From an uncultured Candidatus Rokubacteria bacterium (GTDB lineage: Bacteria > Methylomirabilota > Methylomirabilia > Rokubacteriales > CSP1-6): a DNA stretch of 64,000 nucleotides. The notes below the pieces were generated by a model. That model made no database searches and was not told where the DNA came from. It worked only from the letters and a program-made list of their open reading frames with translations. This document shows positions 9,485 to 19,929 of this stretch, piece after piece. The stretch spans positions 554,471 through 618,470 of the forward strand of contig CAWBMV010000022.1 of the NCBI GenBank assembly GCA_963789955.1, in the 5' to 3' direction. A program made the translations under genes and the position numbers. The first letter of the stretch is position 1. Each line of letters opens with the position of its first letter.

Positions 9485-10543
9485 ATGGCGCCTCCGCCGC
9501 TCGAGCTGAGTCTCGAGCTCTCGGCGCGCGAGCGCTTCGAGATGGTCGAGCTGCGCTCGCGCTTCTCGAGCGAGCACGCCGACTCGCTCGCGTCGTATCC
9601 GCGGTGCCTCTACTGGTCGGCCCACACGACGGCCGGGTTCCTGGATCGCAGCCTGATCAGGGACCTGGACTCCGACCACATTTCCACCTACATCGAGACC
9701 TTGCGCCAGATCTTCCCGGAGGGCGCGGGGTACGCGCACGACCGGCTGGAGCGCCGCAAGGATCTCGACGCCGCCCAGCGCGCGGTCGAGCCGCGCAACG
9801 GCGACTCGCACCTGGCCTTCATCACCGGCGGGCTCCAGCCGTGCGTGACCCACCCGAACCGCGCCGGCGAGTCCGTGTGTTTCGTCGACCTCGACGGCGT
9901 CAACGACGGGCGGCCGCGCCGCCGCCAGACGCGCGTGATCGGTTTCCATCGCGAGATGGTCGCCGGGCAGATGCGCCTGCGGGTGCCGCTCTCCGGGCAT
10001 TCGATCGACTCGGTCAATCTCAAGAGCCCGGCGCTCGGTCTCTACGACCAGCTTGCCGAGTTCGTGGCGCGCTCCGATGTGGACAAGGGCCGGCTCCACA
10101 TCGCGCTCGGCCGCGGCGAGCGAGATGCCGCGCTGACGATCAACGAGTTCGAGACGCTCCTGATGAAGAACGACCTGGCCGCCGTGCTGAAGAACCCGCT
10201 CCGGTTCATGGCGGAGGAGTACCGGCAGGCGCTGGCCAACCCCCGCGCGGTGCCCGGCAAGGCGCTCGGCTACGCGCAGTACGATCTGGTCCGCGTGCTC
10301 AACACCGGCCTCAAGACGCTCGGCCTGCACGGCTCCGTGCTGGAGCGGGTGCTCGCCCGCACCCTGGCGGTGCCCGTGGCCCGAATGTTTCGCGTGAGGC
10401 GGTCGATCAGCGTGCTGGTGGCCGGTGATGGAAGCCGCTCCGGCCCCGTCGAGGGCGTTTATCAGAGCCCGATCCTGATCCAGTGGCAGCGCGCGCCTCG
10501 AGACCTGCGCGAGCTCGACGTCACGCTGTATCGGCTCGAGTAG
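9485..10543 (+). CDS. Hypothetical protein with tandem YjbQ/UPF0047-like domains
   Basis: N-half HTTAG, YAHD, NGDSHL, FVDLDG..RPRRR; C-half ALTINE, SISVLV, GVYQSPILIQW. Confidence 0.55.
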   Translation: MAPPPLELSLELSARERFEMVELRSRFSSEHADSLASYPRCLYWSAHTTAGFLDRSLIRDLDSDHISTYIETLRQIFPEGAGYAHDRLERRKDLDAAQRAVEPRNGDSHLAFITGGLQPCVTHPNRAGESVCFVDLDGVNDGRPRRRQTRVIGFHREMVAGQMRLRVPLSGHSIDSVNLKSPALGLYDQLAEFVARSDVDKGRLHIALGRGERDAALTINEFETLLMKNDLAAVLKNPLRFMAEEYRQALANPRAVPGKALGYAQYDLVRVLNTGLKTLGLHGSVLERVLARTLAVPVARMFRVRRSISVLVAGDGSRSGPVEGVYQSPILIQWQRAPRDLRELDVTLYRLE

Positions 10544-10555
10544 TCGGCCGCGCGC

Positions 10556-11164
10556 TCAGGCGCCGGTTCCAAAGCCTCCCGCGCTCCGCACCGTGGCCGC
10601 TTCGCCGAGGTGACCCGCCGAATGGAAGAGCGCGATGCCGCTCAGCATCGCCGAGCGCGGCCGCCCCGGGAACGCCTTCACGATCTGCTCGGTCCGTATG
10701 CCGAACGCGCCCTCACTGGCCGCGCGCTGGACGGCGTCGGCCGCGACCGTGCCGTCCCAGTCCTGTGATTTGAAGCTGCCGACCACGTCGCGCGTGCGAC
10801 GGCCCACCGCGTCGCGATACTCGCGAAGCGCGCCGAGCTCGATCTGTCGCGTGAGCTCCGTCACCTCGGCGCTGGTCATGCCGATGCCGAAGTCGCGCCG
10901 CGTGATGGCCAGGCGCTTGGCCCAGCTCTCGTCGTCGAACAGTTGCGTGCGCGCGCCCAGGATCGTGTTGACGAAGATGTCCTCGGCCCGCGAGATGTGA
11001 AACATGACCCACGCCAGCGAGTTCAGGTCCTCGCGCGGGCGCACGCGCATCTGCTCGTCGGTCAGGCCGGTGAAGGTGCGCTCCGACGCCGACATCTTGT
11101 TGCCGCCGACGGCGGCCGAGTGCATCGCGGCGTGCTGGTCCAGGAACAGGTCACGAACGTCCAT
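10556..11164 (-). CDS. DinB family protein
   Basis: NSLAWVMFHISRAED...HSAGHLGE (H...HxxxH). Confidence 0.8.
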   Translation of the reverse strand: MDVRDLFLDQHAAMHSAAVGGNKMSASERTFTGLTDEQMRVRPREDLNSLAWVMFHISRAEDIFVNTILGARTQLFDDESWAKRLAITRRDFGIGMTSAEVTELTRQIELGALREYRDAVGRRTRDVVGSFKSQDWDGTVAADAVQRAASEGAFGIRTEQIVKAFPGRPRSAMLSGIALFHSAGHLGEAATVRSAGGFGTGA

Positions 11165-11180
11165 GGGTGTCCCCTGTCTT

Positions 11181-11234
11181 GCGCGCCGCAGGCGGTCGCG
11201 GGGCTGGGATCCCCGCCGGCCGAGGCGCGCCTAT
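11181..11234. repeat. REP-like intergenic palindromic repeat, copy 1
   Basis: GCGCGCCGCAGGCGGTCGCGGGGCTGGGATCCCCGCCGGCCGAGGCGCGCCTAT, near-identical to 45099-45151. Confidence 0.75.
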
Positions 11235-11244
11235 CAAATGAGAA

Positions 11245-12210
11245 TCAGGCCACGTCGCGCTGGCGCGCGGCATTGTAGTTGGCGTCGTACCACCAGTCGA
11301 GGTACGCCGCGTAGGTGATGGGCGCGTGACGAGGCGGGTTGCCCGGGCCCTGGCAGGTGGGCAGACACGCGATCTCCGTGTCGAGGTGCGGCCCCATGAA
11401 GTAGGGGATCGCATAGCGCGGCCGGCCCACCGGCGGCAGTGCGCGATGCGGCGTCGACTTGAACCGGTGGTTGGTCCACCGCTGCATCATGTCGCCGGAG
11501 TTGACCGCGAACGAGCCGGGCACGTACGGCACGTCGAGCCACGTCGCGTCGGGCATCCGGACCTGGAGCCCGGGCACCTCGCTCTGGGCGAGGAACGTCA
11601 TGAAGTTCGCGTCGGTGTGCGGCGCGATGCCGTACTGATTCGCCTCGGCGGCGACCGGCGGGTAGTGGGTCAGCCGGAAGCTGAACTGACTTTCGGCGAA
11701 CGCGCCGTCGAACGCGTCAGCCGGCAGGTCGAGCGCCGTCGCGCAGAGCGGCAGGAGCTTGCGGCCAAGCGCGTCGACGGCGTCGGTGTACGCGAGCACC
11801 GCGTCGCGAAATCCCGGCAGATCCGCCGGCCATCGATTGGGGCCGGCGAAGCGCCGGCCCGCGCGTACCAGCGGATCGTCCGGGCCGCGCTCGCGCTTGA
11901 CGAAGAACGCCTCGTTCAGGTCGGGCTTGTCGTTGGCGTTCACGTCCGAGGTCCACACCGCGTAGCGCCCGAGCATCATGTAGCCGTTGTTGTGCTCGTT
12001 CATGCGCAGCGCGAGCTTCGCGTCCATGGGCTGGGCGTGGAACCGCCGCGCCTCGGCGAACGTGTCGTCGATCAGGCCCTGCGGGATGCCGTGGCCCACC
12101 ACGACGAAGAAGCCGACGTCCTCGAGCGCGCGGCCGAGCTCAGTGGCGGTGGCGGCGAACGCGCCCGGCCGTCCGGCCAGGTAGGGGGCCACGTCGATGA
12201 CCGGGATCAT
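11245..12210 (-). CDS. Isopenicillin-N-synthase-like 2OG/Fe(II) oxygenase
   Basis: IPVIDV, GFFVVVGHG, PHTD, GLQV, VNSGD, STPHR, RYAIPYF. Confidence 0.9.
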   Translation of the reverse strand: MIPVIDVAPYLAGRPGAFAATATELGRALEDVGFFVVVGHGIPQGLIDDTFAEARRFHAQPMDAKLALRMNEHNNGYMMLGRYAVWTSDVNANDKPDLNEAFFVKRERGPDDPLVRAGRRFAGPNRWPADLPGFRDAVLAYTDAVDALGRKLLPLCATALDLPADAFDGAFAESQFSFRLTHYPPVAAEANQYGIAPHTDANFMTFLAQSEVPGLQVRMPDATWLDVPYVPGSFAVNSGDMMQRWTNHRFKSTPHRALPPVGRPRYAIPYFMGPHLDTEIACLPTCQGPGNPPRHAPITYAAYLDWWYDANYNAARQRDVA

Positions 12211-12300
12211 GACGATGAGATAGCACCCTCCGGCGCCTTTGACAACGAGCCGCGACGAGGATACGGTCCGAGGCGCGCGTCAGAATCAAGGAGGTGCCTC

Positions 12301-13422
12301 ATGGCCAACGGCAAGTTCAGGGTTCTCGACAGCGACATCCACATCATCGAGCCCCCCGACTTGTGGCAGCGCTACATCGATCCGGCCTTCCGGGACCGCG
12401 CGCCGATCGGCCTCACCGAGGACCAGGGCGATCTGCGGCTGGCCTACCAGGGCACGGGCTGGGGGCGGGTCGCGATCGACGCCGACCGCAGCCGTCGCCG
12501 GCAGGGAAAGAACTACGCCCTGAACGAGGAGCGCTGGCGGCCCTACGCCGAGCGCGGCTGGACGTCGAAGGTCCAGCTCGAGGCCATGGACATCGAGGGT
12601 ATCGACGTCGCGGTGGTCTATCCGTCGCGCGGCCTGTTCGCCCTGACGATCCCCGACATGGACACGAAGCTCGCCGCGGCCATGGCGCGCGCCTACAACG
12701 ACTGGCTCTACGAGTTCTGCCAGGAAAACCCCGAGCGGCTCCTCGGCGCCGGCATGATCTCGCCGTTCGACGTCAACGACGCCGTGGCGGAAGCGCGACG
12801 CTGCGTGCGCGAGTACGGCTTTCGCGCGATGTTCCTGCGACCGAACGAGGTCAACAACCGGAACTGGCACGATCCGTACTACGAGCCGCTCTGGGCCGCG
12901 CTCGAGGAGCTCGAGGTGCCGCTCGGGTTTCACGAGGGCTCCGGCTCGGCGCTCCGCCAGGTCGGCGAGCAGTTCGGCGCCAACACGATGCTCAAGCACA
13001 TCTATTCGCACCCGGTCGAGCAGATGCTCACCGCCGGCGCCTTCTGCGCGGGCGGCATCCTCGAGCGCCATCCGCGCCTGCGCGTGGCGTTCCTCGAGGG
13101 CAACTGCAGCTGGGTCCCGTTCCTGCTCTGGCGCATGGACGAGCACTGGGAGTGGCTGGGCGACATCTACGCGCGCGAGCTGACGATGGCGCCGAGCGCG
13201 TACTTCAAGCGGCAGTGCTTCGTGTCGGTCGAGTGCGACGAGGAGCCGGTCAAGCACGTCATCGATGCGATCGGCGACGACCGGATCGTCTTCTCGACCG
13301 ACTTTCCGCACGGCGACTCGAAGTTCCCGCGGGCGGTCGAGTCATTCCTGCGGCTGCCGATCTCCGACGAGAGCAAGCGCAAGATCCTATGGGACAACTG
13401 CGCCGCGTATTACGGGATGTAG
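12301..13422 (+). CDS. Amidohydrolase_2 family protein
   Basis: DSDIHIIEP, RAYNDW, FHEG, FSTDFPHGD. Confidence 0.88.
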   Translation: MANGKFRVLDSDIHIIEPPDLWQRYIDPAFRDRAPIGLTEDQGDLRLAYQGTGWGRVAIDADRSRRRQGKNYALNEERWRPYAERGWTSKVQLEAMDIEGIDVAVVYPSRGLFALTIPDMDTKLAAAMARAYNDWLYEFCQENPERLLGAGMISPFDVNDAVAEARRCVREYGFRAMFLRPNEVNNRNWHDPYYEPLWAALEELEVPLGFHEGSGSALRQVGEQFGANTMLKHIYSHPVEQMLTAGAFCAGGILERHPRLRVAFLEGNCSWVPFLLWRMDEHWEWLGDIYARELTMAPSAYFKRQCFVSVECDEEPVKHVIDAIGDDRIVFSTDFPHGDSKFPRAVESFLRLPISDESKRKILWDNCAAYYGM

Positions 13423-13431
13423 GAGGGTGCG

Positions 13432-14577
13432 ATGACCTCGTACAAGCTCATCTCGGCCGATTCGCACATCGTCGAGCCGCCGGATCTCTACACCAAGCGG
13501 ATCGAAGGGAGGTTCCGCGACCGGGCCCCGCGCCTCGAGCGGCTGGAGACGCCGACCGGGCGCAAGTTCGACGCGTGGGTCATCGGCGGGCAACAGGTGG
13601 GCACGCTCGGCGCCGTGATGCAGGCCGGGCAACGGTTCGAAGATCCGTCGCAGATCGACTTCCTCGGCATGTGGGAGGACGTCAGGCTCGGCGCCTACGA
13701 TCCCCAGGCGATGATCAAGGAGAACGAGATGGACGGCGTGTGGGGCTCGTGCCTGCAGCCGAGCCAGGGCCTCTTCTGGTATCGCATTCCCGACACCGAG
13801 CTGCTCACCGCCATCTGCCGCGCCTACAACGACTGGATCGCCGAGTTCTGCAAGCCGTTTCCCGACCGTCTCAAGGGCATCGCGATGCTCAACGTCGACG
13901 ATGTCGAAGAGGCTTCGCAGGAGCTCGAGCGCTGCGCGAGGCTCGGGCTGGTCGGCGCGTTCATTCCGGTCTCGCCGCTGGCCGACAAGCCGTACCGTCA
14001 CGCGATCTACGACCGGTTCTGGTGGACGGCCCAGGACGTCGGGATGCCGTTGCTCCTGCACATCGGCACACCGCGCGGCGGTATCCCCGGCTGCGAGTTC
14101 ACGATGAACCTCGGCGAGCTCACCGGGGCGGGCCGCTCGACCACGGACTACTGGGTACGCTACTCGCTGGGGGCGATGATCTTCGCGGGCGTCTTCGATC
14201 GGTATCCGCGGCTGAAGGTCGGCTCGGTCGAGCACGAAGCCGCGTGGATCCCTCACTGGCTCAAGCAGATGGACTTCACGTATCGCGAGCGCCCGGTGTT
14301 CACCAAGGGCTGGCGGTCCAAGGAAGGCCTGATGCCGAGCGACTACTGGCGCCGTAACATGTTCGTGGAGTTCATGGAGGACGACCTCGGCGTCCAGATG
14401 CGCGACACGATCGGCGTCGACAACATGCTGTGGGGCAGCGACTTCCCGCACGCCGAGTCGACATGGCCGAAGTCGCGCGACTTCCTCACCCGCATCTTCG
14501 CCGGCGTGCCCGAGCACGATCTGAAGAAGATCACCTCGGAGAACGCGGCCAAGCTGTTCGGCTTCAAGCTGAACTAG
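13432..14577 (+). CDS. Amidohydrolase_2 family protein
   Basis: ISADSHIVEP, RAYNDW, LHIG, WGSDFPHAES. Confidence 0.88.
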   Translation: MTSYKLISADSHIVEPPDLYTKRIEGRFRDRAPRLERLETPTGRKFDAWVIGGQQVGTLGAVMQAGQRFEDPSQIDFLGMWEDVRLGAYDPQAMIKENEMDGVWGSCLQPSQGLFWYRIPDTELLTAICRAYNDWIAEFCKPFPDRLKGIAMLNVDDVEEASQELERCARLGLVGAFIPVSPLADKPYRHAIYDRFWWTAQDVGMPLLLHIGTPRGGIPGCEFTMNLGELTGAGRSTTDYWVRYSLGAMIFAGVFDRYPRLKVGSVEHEAAWIPHWLKQMDFTYRERPVFTKGWRSKEGLMPSDYWRRNMFVEFMEDDLGVQMRDTIGVDNMLWGSDFPHAESTWPKSRDFLTRIFAGVPEHDLKKITSENAAKLFGFKLN

Positions 14578-14600
14578 GCGTCGACTCGAGCTCGCCCGGC

Positions 14601-14912
14601 ATGCTCGACGGCTTCGTGCCCGTGACCGTGGTCGCCGAGCTGCCGCCGGGCGCGATGAAGTGGGTCGTGATCGATCGCGAGCGTGTGCTCGTCGCGAACG
14701 TCGACGGCTCCTTCTTCGCGCTGCGGGACACCTGCGGCCACGCCGGCGCGCCGCTCTCCACCGGCGAGCTCGTCGGCTACGTGCTCGAGTGCCCGCTGCA
14801 CTACGCCTGCTTCGACGTTCGCACCGGCAAGCTCCTGAGCGGGCCGGTCTCCGCCGACGTGCCCAGCTACCAGGTCCGGGTCGAAGGCGGTACTGTGTAC
14901 GTCAAGAGGTAG
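14601..14912 (+). CDS. Rieske-type [2Fe-2S] ferredoxin
   Basis: CGH...CPLH, FDVRTG. Confidence 0.88.
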   Translation: MLDGFVPVTVVAELPPGAMKWVVIDRERVLVANVDGSFFALRDTCGHAGAPLSTGELVGYVLECPLHYACFDVRTGKLLSGPVSADVPSYQVRVEGGTVYVKR

Positions 14913-14916
14913 CGCG

Positions 14917-15898
14917 ATGCGAAGACTCCTCGCGATCATTCCCGGCCTTGCTCGCGCTGGTCGGCGGCCTGAGCCTGGGCGCCGATGCCGCGGACGACGG
15001 GCTCGCCCGCGGACTCGCCGCCATTCGCAGCATGACCGGCTGCTACCTGGTGGACTACAGCTACGTCGAGGTGGAGAGCCTCAAGCCGGGCTACACGCGC
15101 GACCCGCGCGTCTACGACGTCAACCGGGACAAATCGGCCAAGGAATGGATCACCGCCGACGTCGTCTCGCCCTCGCGTATTCGGCTGCAGCGGGTGCTGT
15201 TCCTCACCGATCTGGCCGGCACGGTGCGGGCCGGCACGGAGATCCGGCACCAGACGGAAGACTGGGAGTACGACGCGCCGTTTCTCTACGAGCTGGTCGC
15301 CCCGCGGACCTGGCGGGTGCGCGACCTGAAGCCGACCCCGGGCCTGTGGACCCGGCGCGTCACCAACCTCGACGACGGATTGCGTTACCAGTGCGCGGCG
15401 CGGTGGTCGGACGGCACGGCCTATCCGGAGTGGTCGTGCTCGAGCTACGCGCCGGTGCCCGGCCGCGAGACGCGCGACATGAAGCGCAGCGACTACGACA
15501 CGCTCGAGCGCACCACGCGGATCATCGCCTACGGGCAGAGCTTCCTCGAGCGCCAGGACAACGTGAAGACCATCCACCGTGACGGCGCCAAGGTGCCGCT
15601 CGCGCGCGAGGTCGGAAAGAACTGGTCCGTGCGGCTGCCGGACGCCGAGTGTGACGCGGCGCGCGTGTTCGCGGGGCCGCGTCAGGCGTTCTGGAGCGTG
15701 TCACGCGAGGTCTGGGACGGCGTGCTGAATGGCGCCGGGCCGTTCGTCGAAAAGGCGCCGGCCGGGCAGCCGCCGCGCTTCGTGAAGATGTACGAGGTCG
15801 AGGAGGACTACGTCGGGCGCGATCTCTCCGATCCGGCGCTCCAGCGGCAAGCCCGCGAGCGGATCCTGAAGGTCATCGAGGCGTACCGCGAGCCCTAG
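14917..15898 (+). CDS. Exported protein, DUF6607-like (frameshift near 14945)
   Basis: Signal peptide MRRLLAII joins the frame encoding AIRSMTGCYLVDYSY...HQTEDWEYDA...LRYQC...APVPGRE; family recalled from memory. Confidence 0.55.
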
Positions 15899-16506
15899 CC
15901 GGCCGCGAGGAGATTCTTGCTCTTCAGGGCCTGGATCACCGTCTCGACATAGCGGGAGATGTCCTTGCTGATGCTCTCGGGCAGGGTCTCGACCGTGCCG
16001 CTCCAGATCAGCTGGTTCTTCGCCGTGTCGTAGAGGCTGGTCTCGGAGATGAAGACGTCGTACGGGTAGACCGTCGCGGGCTCGTAGTAGCCGAGCCAGG
16101 CGGCGGTGTAGCCGCGATAGAAGCCGAAGCCCAGAAGCGGCGGGTAATAGTATCCGTAGTCGACGGAGTATTTCCGCTCGACCCTGACGAAACGGGTGAT
16201 GAGCGTGGCATCGGCACCCGACCGTTCGACGGCCTCGCGCAGTCGCGGCTCTTCGACCGGCCCGTCTTCCGTGATGAAGCCATAGCTCGGCACGGCGTCG
16301 ACCCCCGTCGTTTTCAGCTTGGCGACGAATTCGTCCTCGAAGGACCGGCGAATGCCGGGCTGCTTGCTGATCGCCATGACCAGAACCTTCTTGAGGCGAG
16401 CCGATGGGGCGTCGGGGTTGGTCCACTGATGGACGACTCGCGTCGACGCGCAGCCTGCGGCCGCGAGGGCCAGGGCGAGGACAACGAGTCGCAACCGTCG
16501 GCGCAT
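15895..16506 (-). CDS. Lipoprotein, DUF4136-like
   Basis: Lipobox AAAGC; Tyr/Gly-rich loop; ETSLYD..LIWSG. Confidence 0.65.
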   Translation of the reverse strand: MRRRLRLVVLALALAAAGCASTRVVHQWTNPDAPSARLKKVLVMAISKQPGIRRSFEDEFVAKLKTTGVDAVPSYGFITEDGPVEEPRLREAVERSGADATLITRFVRVERKYSVDYGYYYPPLLGFGFYRGYTAAWLGYYEPATVYPYDVFISETSLYDTAKNQLIWSGTVETLPESISKDISRYVETVIQALKSKNLLAAG

Positions 16507-16598
16507 GATCGATATTCCTCTCTCGAGTATACCGACCAGGGAACGGGACGGGCACCCCGATGGTTCCGGGTGCCCGTCCTCGTTCGACGCGAGGTGCG

Positions 16599-17453
16599 CT
16601 AGCGGATCTGCTTGTGCGTGAACTCGGCGATCAGCTCGAGGGCGCGATTGGACGACGGCGAGCCGGCCTTGCGCATGATGAAGCCCTGGCCCTCGCCCTC
16701 GAACAGCTCGAGATCGACCACGCCGCCCGCCTTGCGGTAGGCCGCGACGAAGCGGTCGAGATGCGGCCGCGGATGCGCCAGATCGTCGGTGCCCTGCAAG
16801 TACAGGACGGGCGGCAGCTGCACCTTCTCACCGCGCTCGAGCGCTCCGGCCGGCGCGCCTTCCGCCATCGCCTCTTCGGTCTTCCAGTACGCGTCGTGGC
16901 ACGGCAGGAGCTCGTCGACCGCCACCGGGTACGGCTTGCCCTTGGCCATGACGTCCTTCGCGTAGCGATACCGGCCGAGCGGATCGATGACGGGCGAGGT
17001 CATGATCACGCAGCGCACGGTGGCGTCGAGCGCCGGCGCCGTCGCCAGCGGCAGCGCGCTGTAGCGCGGATCGAACGGCCGCATCGCCAGCAGCATCGCC
17101 TGGTGACCGCCGCTCGAGTTGCCCATCGAGCCGACCATGTCGGGACGGCCGCCGAGCTCGACCGCGCGCGACTTGATCCAGCGAATCCCGTAGTGGATGT
17201 CCTGGAACGACGCGGGATAGGACGCCGTCGGCGGCTGCCGCCAGTCGAGCGTGGCCACGATCACGCCGGTCTTGGCCAGCGCCTCGTGGATCACCTTGTC
17301 GCCGTGGCGATCCGAGCGGCACCAGGCGCCGCCGTGCAGCTCCACCATGATGGGGAAGGGGCCCGTGCCCTGCGGCCGGTAGATGGTCGCCAGATACGGC
17401 GTGTTCCCGTGACGGAGATACTCGATGTCCTCGACCTTGACGTCGTAGCCCAT
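16599..17453 (-). CDS. Alpha/beta hydrolase (HSL-like esterase)
   Basis: HGGAW oxyanion motif, GNSSGG nucleophile, QGTDD; the expected catalytic His position reads GEGQGF. Confidence 0.8.
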   Translation of the reverse strand: MGYDVKVEDIEYLRHGNTPYLATIYRPQGTGPFPIMVELHGGAWCRSDRHGDKVIHEALAKTGVIVATLDWRQPPTASYPASFQDIHYGIRWIKSRAVELGGRPDMVGSMGNSSGGHQAMLLAMRPFDPRYSALPLATAPALDATVRCVIMTSPVIDPLGRYRYAKDVMAKGKPYPVAVDELLPCHDAYWKTEEAMAEGAPAGALERGEKVQLPPVLYLQGTDDLAHPRPHLDRFVAAYRKAGGVVDLELFEGEGQGFIMRKAGSPSSNRALELIAEFTHKQIR

Positions 17454-17539
17454 GCTGGTCTCCTTGTCGGTGCGGAGGACCGTCCCGTGACCCGGGTCCG
17501 GAATCAAGAGTCCGCGTCCGGTAGAGTATCCTGCCCGGT

Positions 17540-19929
17540 ATGGCGAAGCCAAGACGCATCGACGGAATCGGCGCGCCGGTCAAGCGCCGAGAAGATGTGC
17601 GCCTGCTGACCGGTCAGGGCCGCTACGCCGAGGACTGGAACGCGCCGGAGCAGGCGTATGCGGCGTTCGTCCGCTCGCCGCACGCGCACGCCGACGTGAC
17701 GTCGGTCGATTCGAAGCCCGCGCTGGCGCTCGCCGGCGTGCTCGGCGTGTTCACCGGGCACGATCTGGTCGCCGCCGGCATCGGGCCCATCCCGACCTTG
17801 ATCGCGGAGCGCGGCGGCGGCATCCGGAGCCGCGACGGGTCGGCGTTCGCCGAGCCGTCGTGGTATCCGCTCGCGACCGACACCGTGCGCCACGTCGGCG
17901 AGCCCGTGGCGATCGTCGTCGCCGACACACCCGCCGCCGCGCGGGACGCCGCCGACGCCGTGCGCGTGCGCTACGCCGAACGGCCGGCCGTGATCGACGC
18001 CGTCGCGGCGCTCGCGGCCGGCGCGCCGCGCCTGCACGCCGGGGTCGAGCGCAACCGGGCGTACGACTGGGAGTGCGGCGATCCTGACGCGACCGCGCGG
18101 GCGATCGCGGCCGCCGCGCACGTCGCGCGCCTGACGCTCGTCGACAACCGGCTCGTCACCTGCTTTCTCGAGCCGCGCGCGGCGCTCGCCGAGTGGGACG
18201 CCGGCGCCGGCCGCTACACCCTCTACGCGGGGCTTCAGAGCGTCCATCAGCTGGCGACGAACCTCGCGCGCATCCTCGGCGTCGCGGCCGACCGCGTGCG
18301 GTGCGTCACGGGCGACGTCGGCGGCGGCTTCGGCTCGAAGATCCAGGTGTACCCGGAGTACGTGGCGCTCGCGTGGGCGGCCCGCCGACTCGGCCGCCCC
18401 GTGAAATGGACGTCGAGCCGGTCCGAGGGGTTCGTCAGCGACGTCCAGTCGCGCGACCATCTGCTCCGCGGTGAGCTCGCGCTCGATGCGGCCGGACGCG
18501 TCACCGCGCTGCGCGTGCACTCGACGCCGAACCTCGGCGCGTACGTCGCGCCGAGCATCCCGATCTCGACCCTCTCCAACATGGAGCGGATGATCTCCGG
18601 GCTCTATGCGATTCCCGCGATCCACCTCCGCGTCGAGGGCGCCTTGACCAACACGGTGCCCATCAACGTCTATCGCGGCGTCGGCCGTCTCGAGTGCGTC
18701 TACACGGTCGAGCGGCTGATCGAGCGGGCGGCGCGCGAGACCGGCCGCGATCGCGTGGCGATCCGGCGCGCCAACATGGTGCGGACCTTCCCGTATCGGA
18801 CGGCCACCGGCGCGGTCTACGACTCCGGTGACTACGTCGCGCGCCTGGACGAAGCGATCGAGCTCGCCGACACGGTGGGCTTCGCGTCACGGCGCGCCGA
18901 CGCCGCGCGGCGCGGCCGGCTCCGCGGGCTCGGCGTCGGACCCTACATCGAGGGCACCGGCGGCGTGCCGCAGGAGTTCGCCGAGGTGCGCGTGCTGCCC
19001 GAAGGCGTGGTCGAGGTACCGATCGGCGCCATCTCGCAGGGCCAGGGTCACGAGACGGTCTTCGCCCAGGTCGTCGCCGAGCGGCTCGGCCTGCCGTTCG
19101 AGGCCGTGCGCATCGTCATGGGCGACACCGATCGCGTCGCGAAAGGCGTCGGCACGTTCGCGTCGCGGTCGATGGTGCGCGCGGGCAGCGCGGCCGTCGA
19201 GGCCTCGGACGGCGTCGTCGCCGCGGGGCGCACGATGGCGGCTCATCTTCTGGAAGCGGCGGTCGCCGACGTCGAGTACCAGGACGGCGCGTTCCGGGTC
19301 GTCGGGACCGATCGGGCGATCGGCATCTTCGATCTGGCACGCGCCGCCGCCGGCGGTCAGCTGCCGCCGGCGCTCGGCACCACGCTCGCCGCCGCGAAGA
19401 TGCACGAGAACCCGGCGTTCGCGTTCGCCAACGGCTGCGAAGTCTGCGAGCTCGAGGTCGATCCCGAGACCGGCGCGGTCCAGATCGTCGCGCTGACCAT
19501 CGTCGACGACTCCGGCCGCTCGGTGAATCCGATGATCGTGCACGGCCAGATGCACGGGGCGGTCGCCCAGGGGATCGGCCAGGCGCTGACCGAGCGGTGT
19601 GTCTACGATCCGGCGAGCGGACAGCTCCTGTCGGGCTCGTTTCTCGACTACGCGATCCCGCGCGCCGACGATCTACCGTCGATCGCCGTCACGAGCCGCG
19701 ACGTGCCGAGCCCGACGAACCCGCTCGGCGTCAAGGGCGCGGGCGAGGGGGGCACGGTCGGCGCGCCGGGCGCGGTGATCCACGCGATCCTCGACGCGCT
19801 GGCGCCGCTCGGCGTCACGCACATCGATATGCCGGCCACGCCCGAGCGGTGTGGCGCGCGATCCAGGTTGCCGAAAAAGGCCGATCTGCTTCGTTGCCGC
19901 CCTCGGCCGCGCGCTCAACGTACATTTAG
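17540..19929 (+). CDS. Xanthine dehydrogenase/CoxL-like molybdopterin-binding large subunit (frameshift near 19848)
   Basis: RREDVRLLTGQG, RSPHAHA, DVGGGFGSK, YRGVGR, QGQGHET, GVKGAGE, MPATPER; C-terminus VWRAI is in the shifted frame. Confidence 0.88.

Noticed and set aside
11245..12210. Beta-lactam biosynthesis (IPNS)
   Set aside because: Generic 2OG-Fe(II) oxygenase; no ACV synthetase nearby.
17540..19929. Aerobic CO dehydrogenase (coxL form I)
   Set aside because: Lacks the AYRCSFR loop and has no coxMS or accessory genes.
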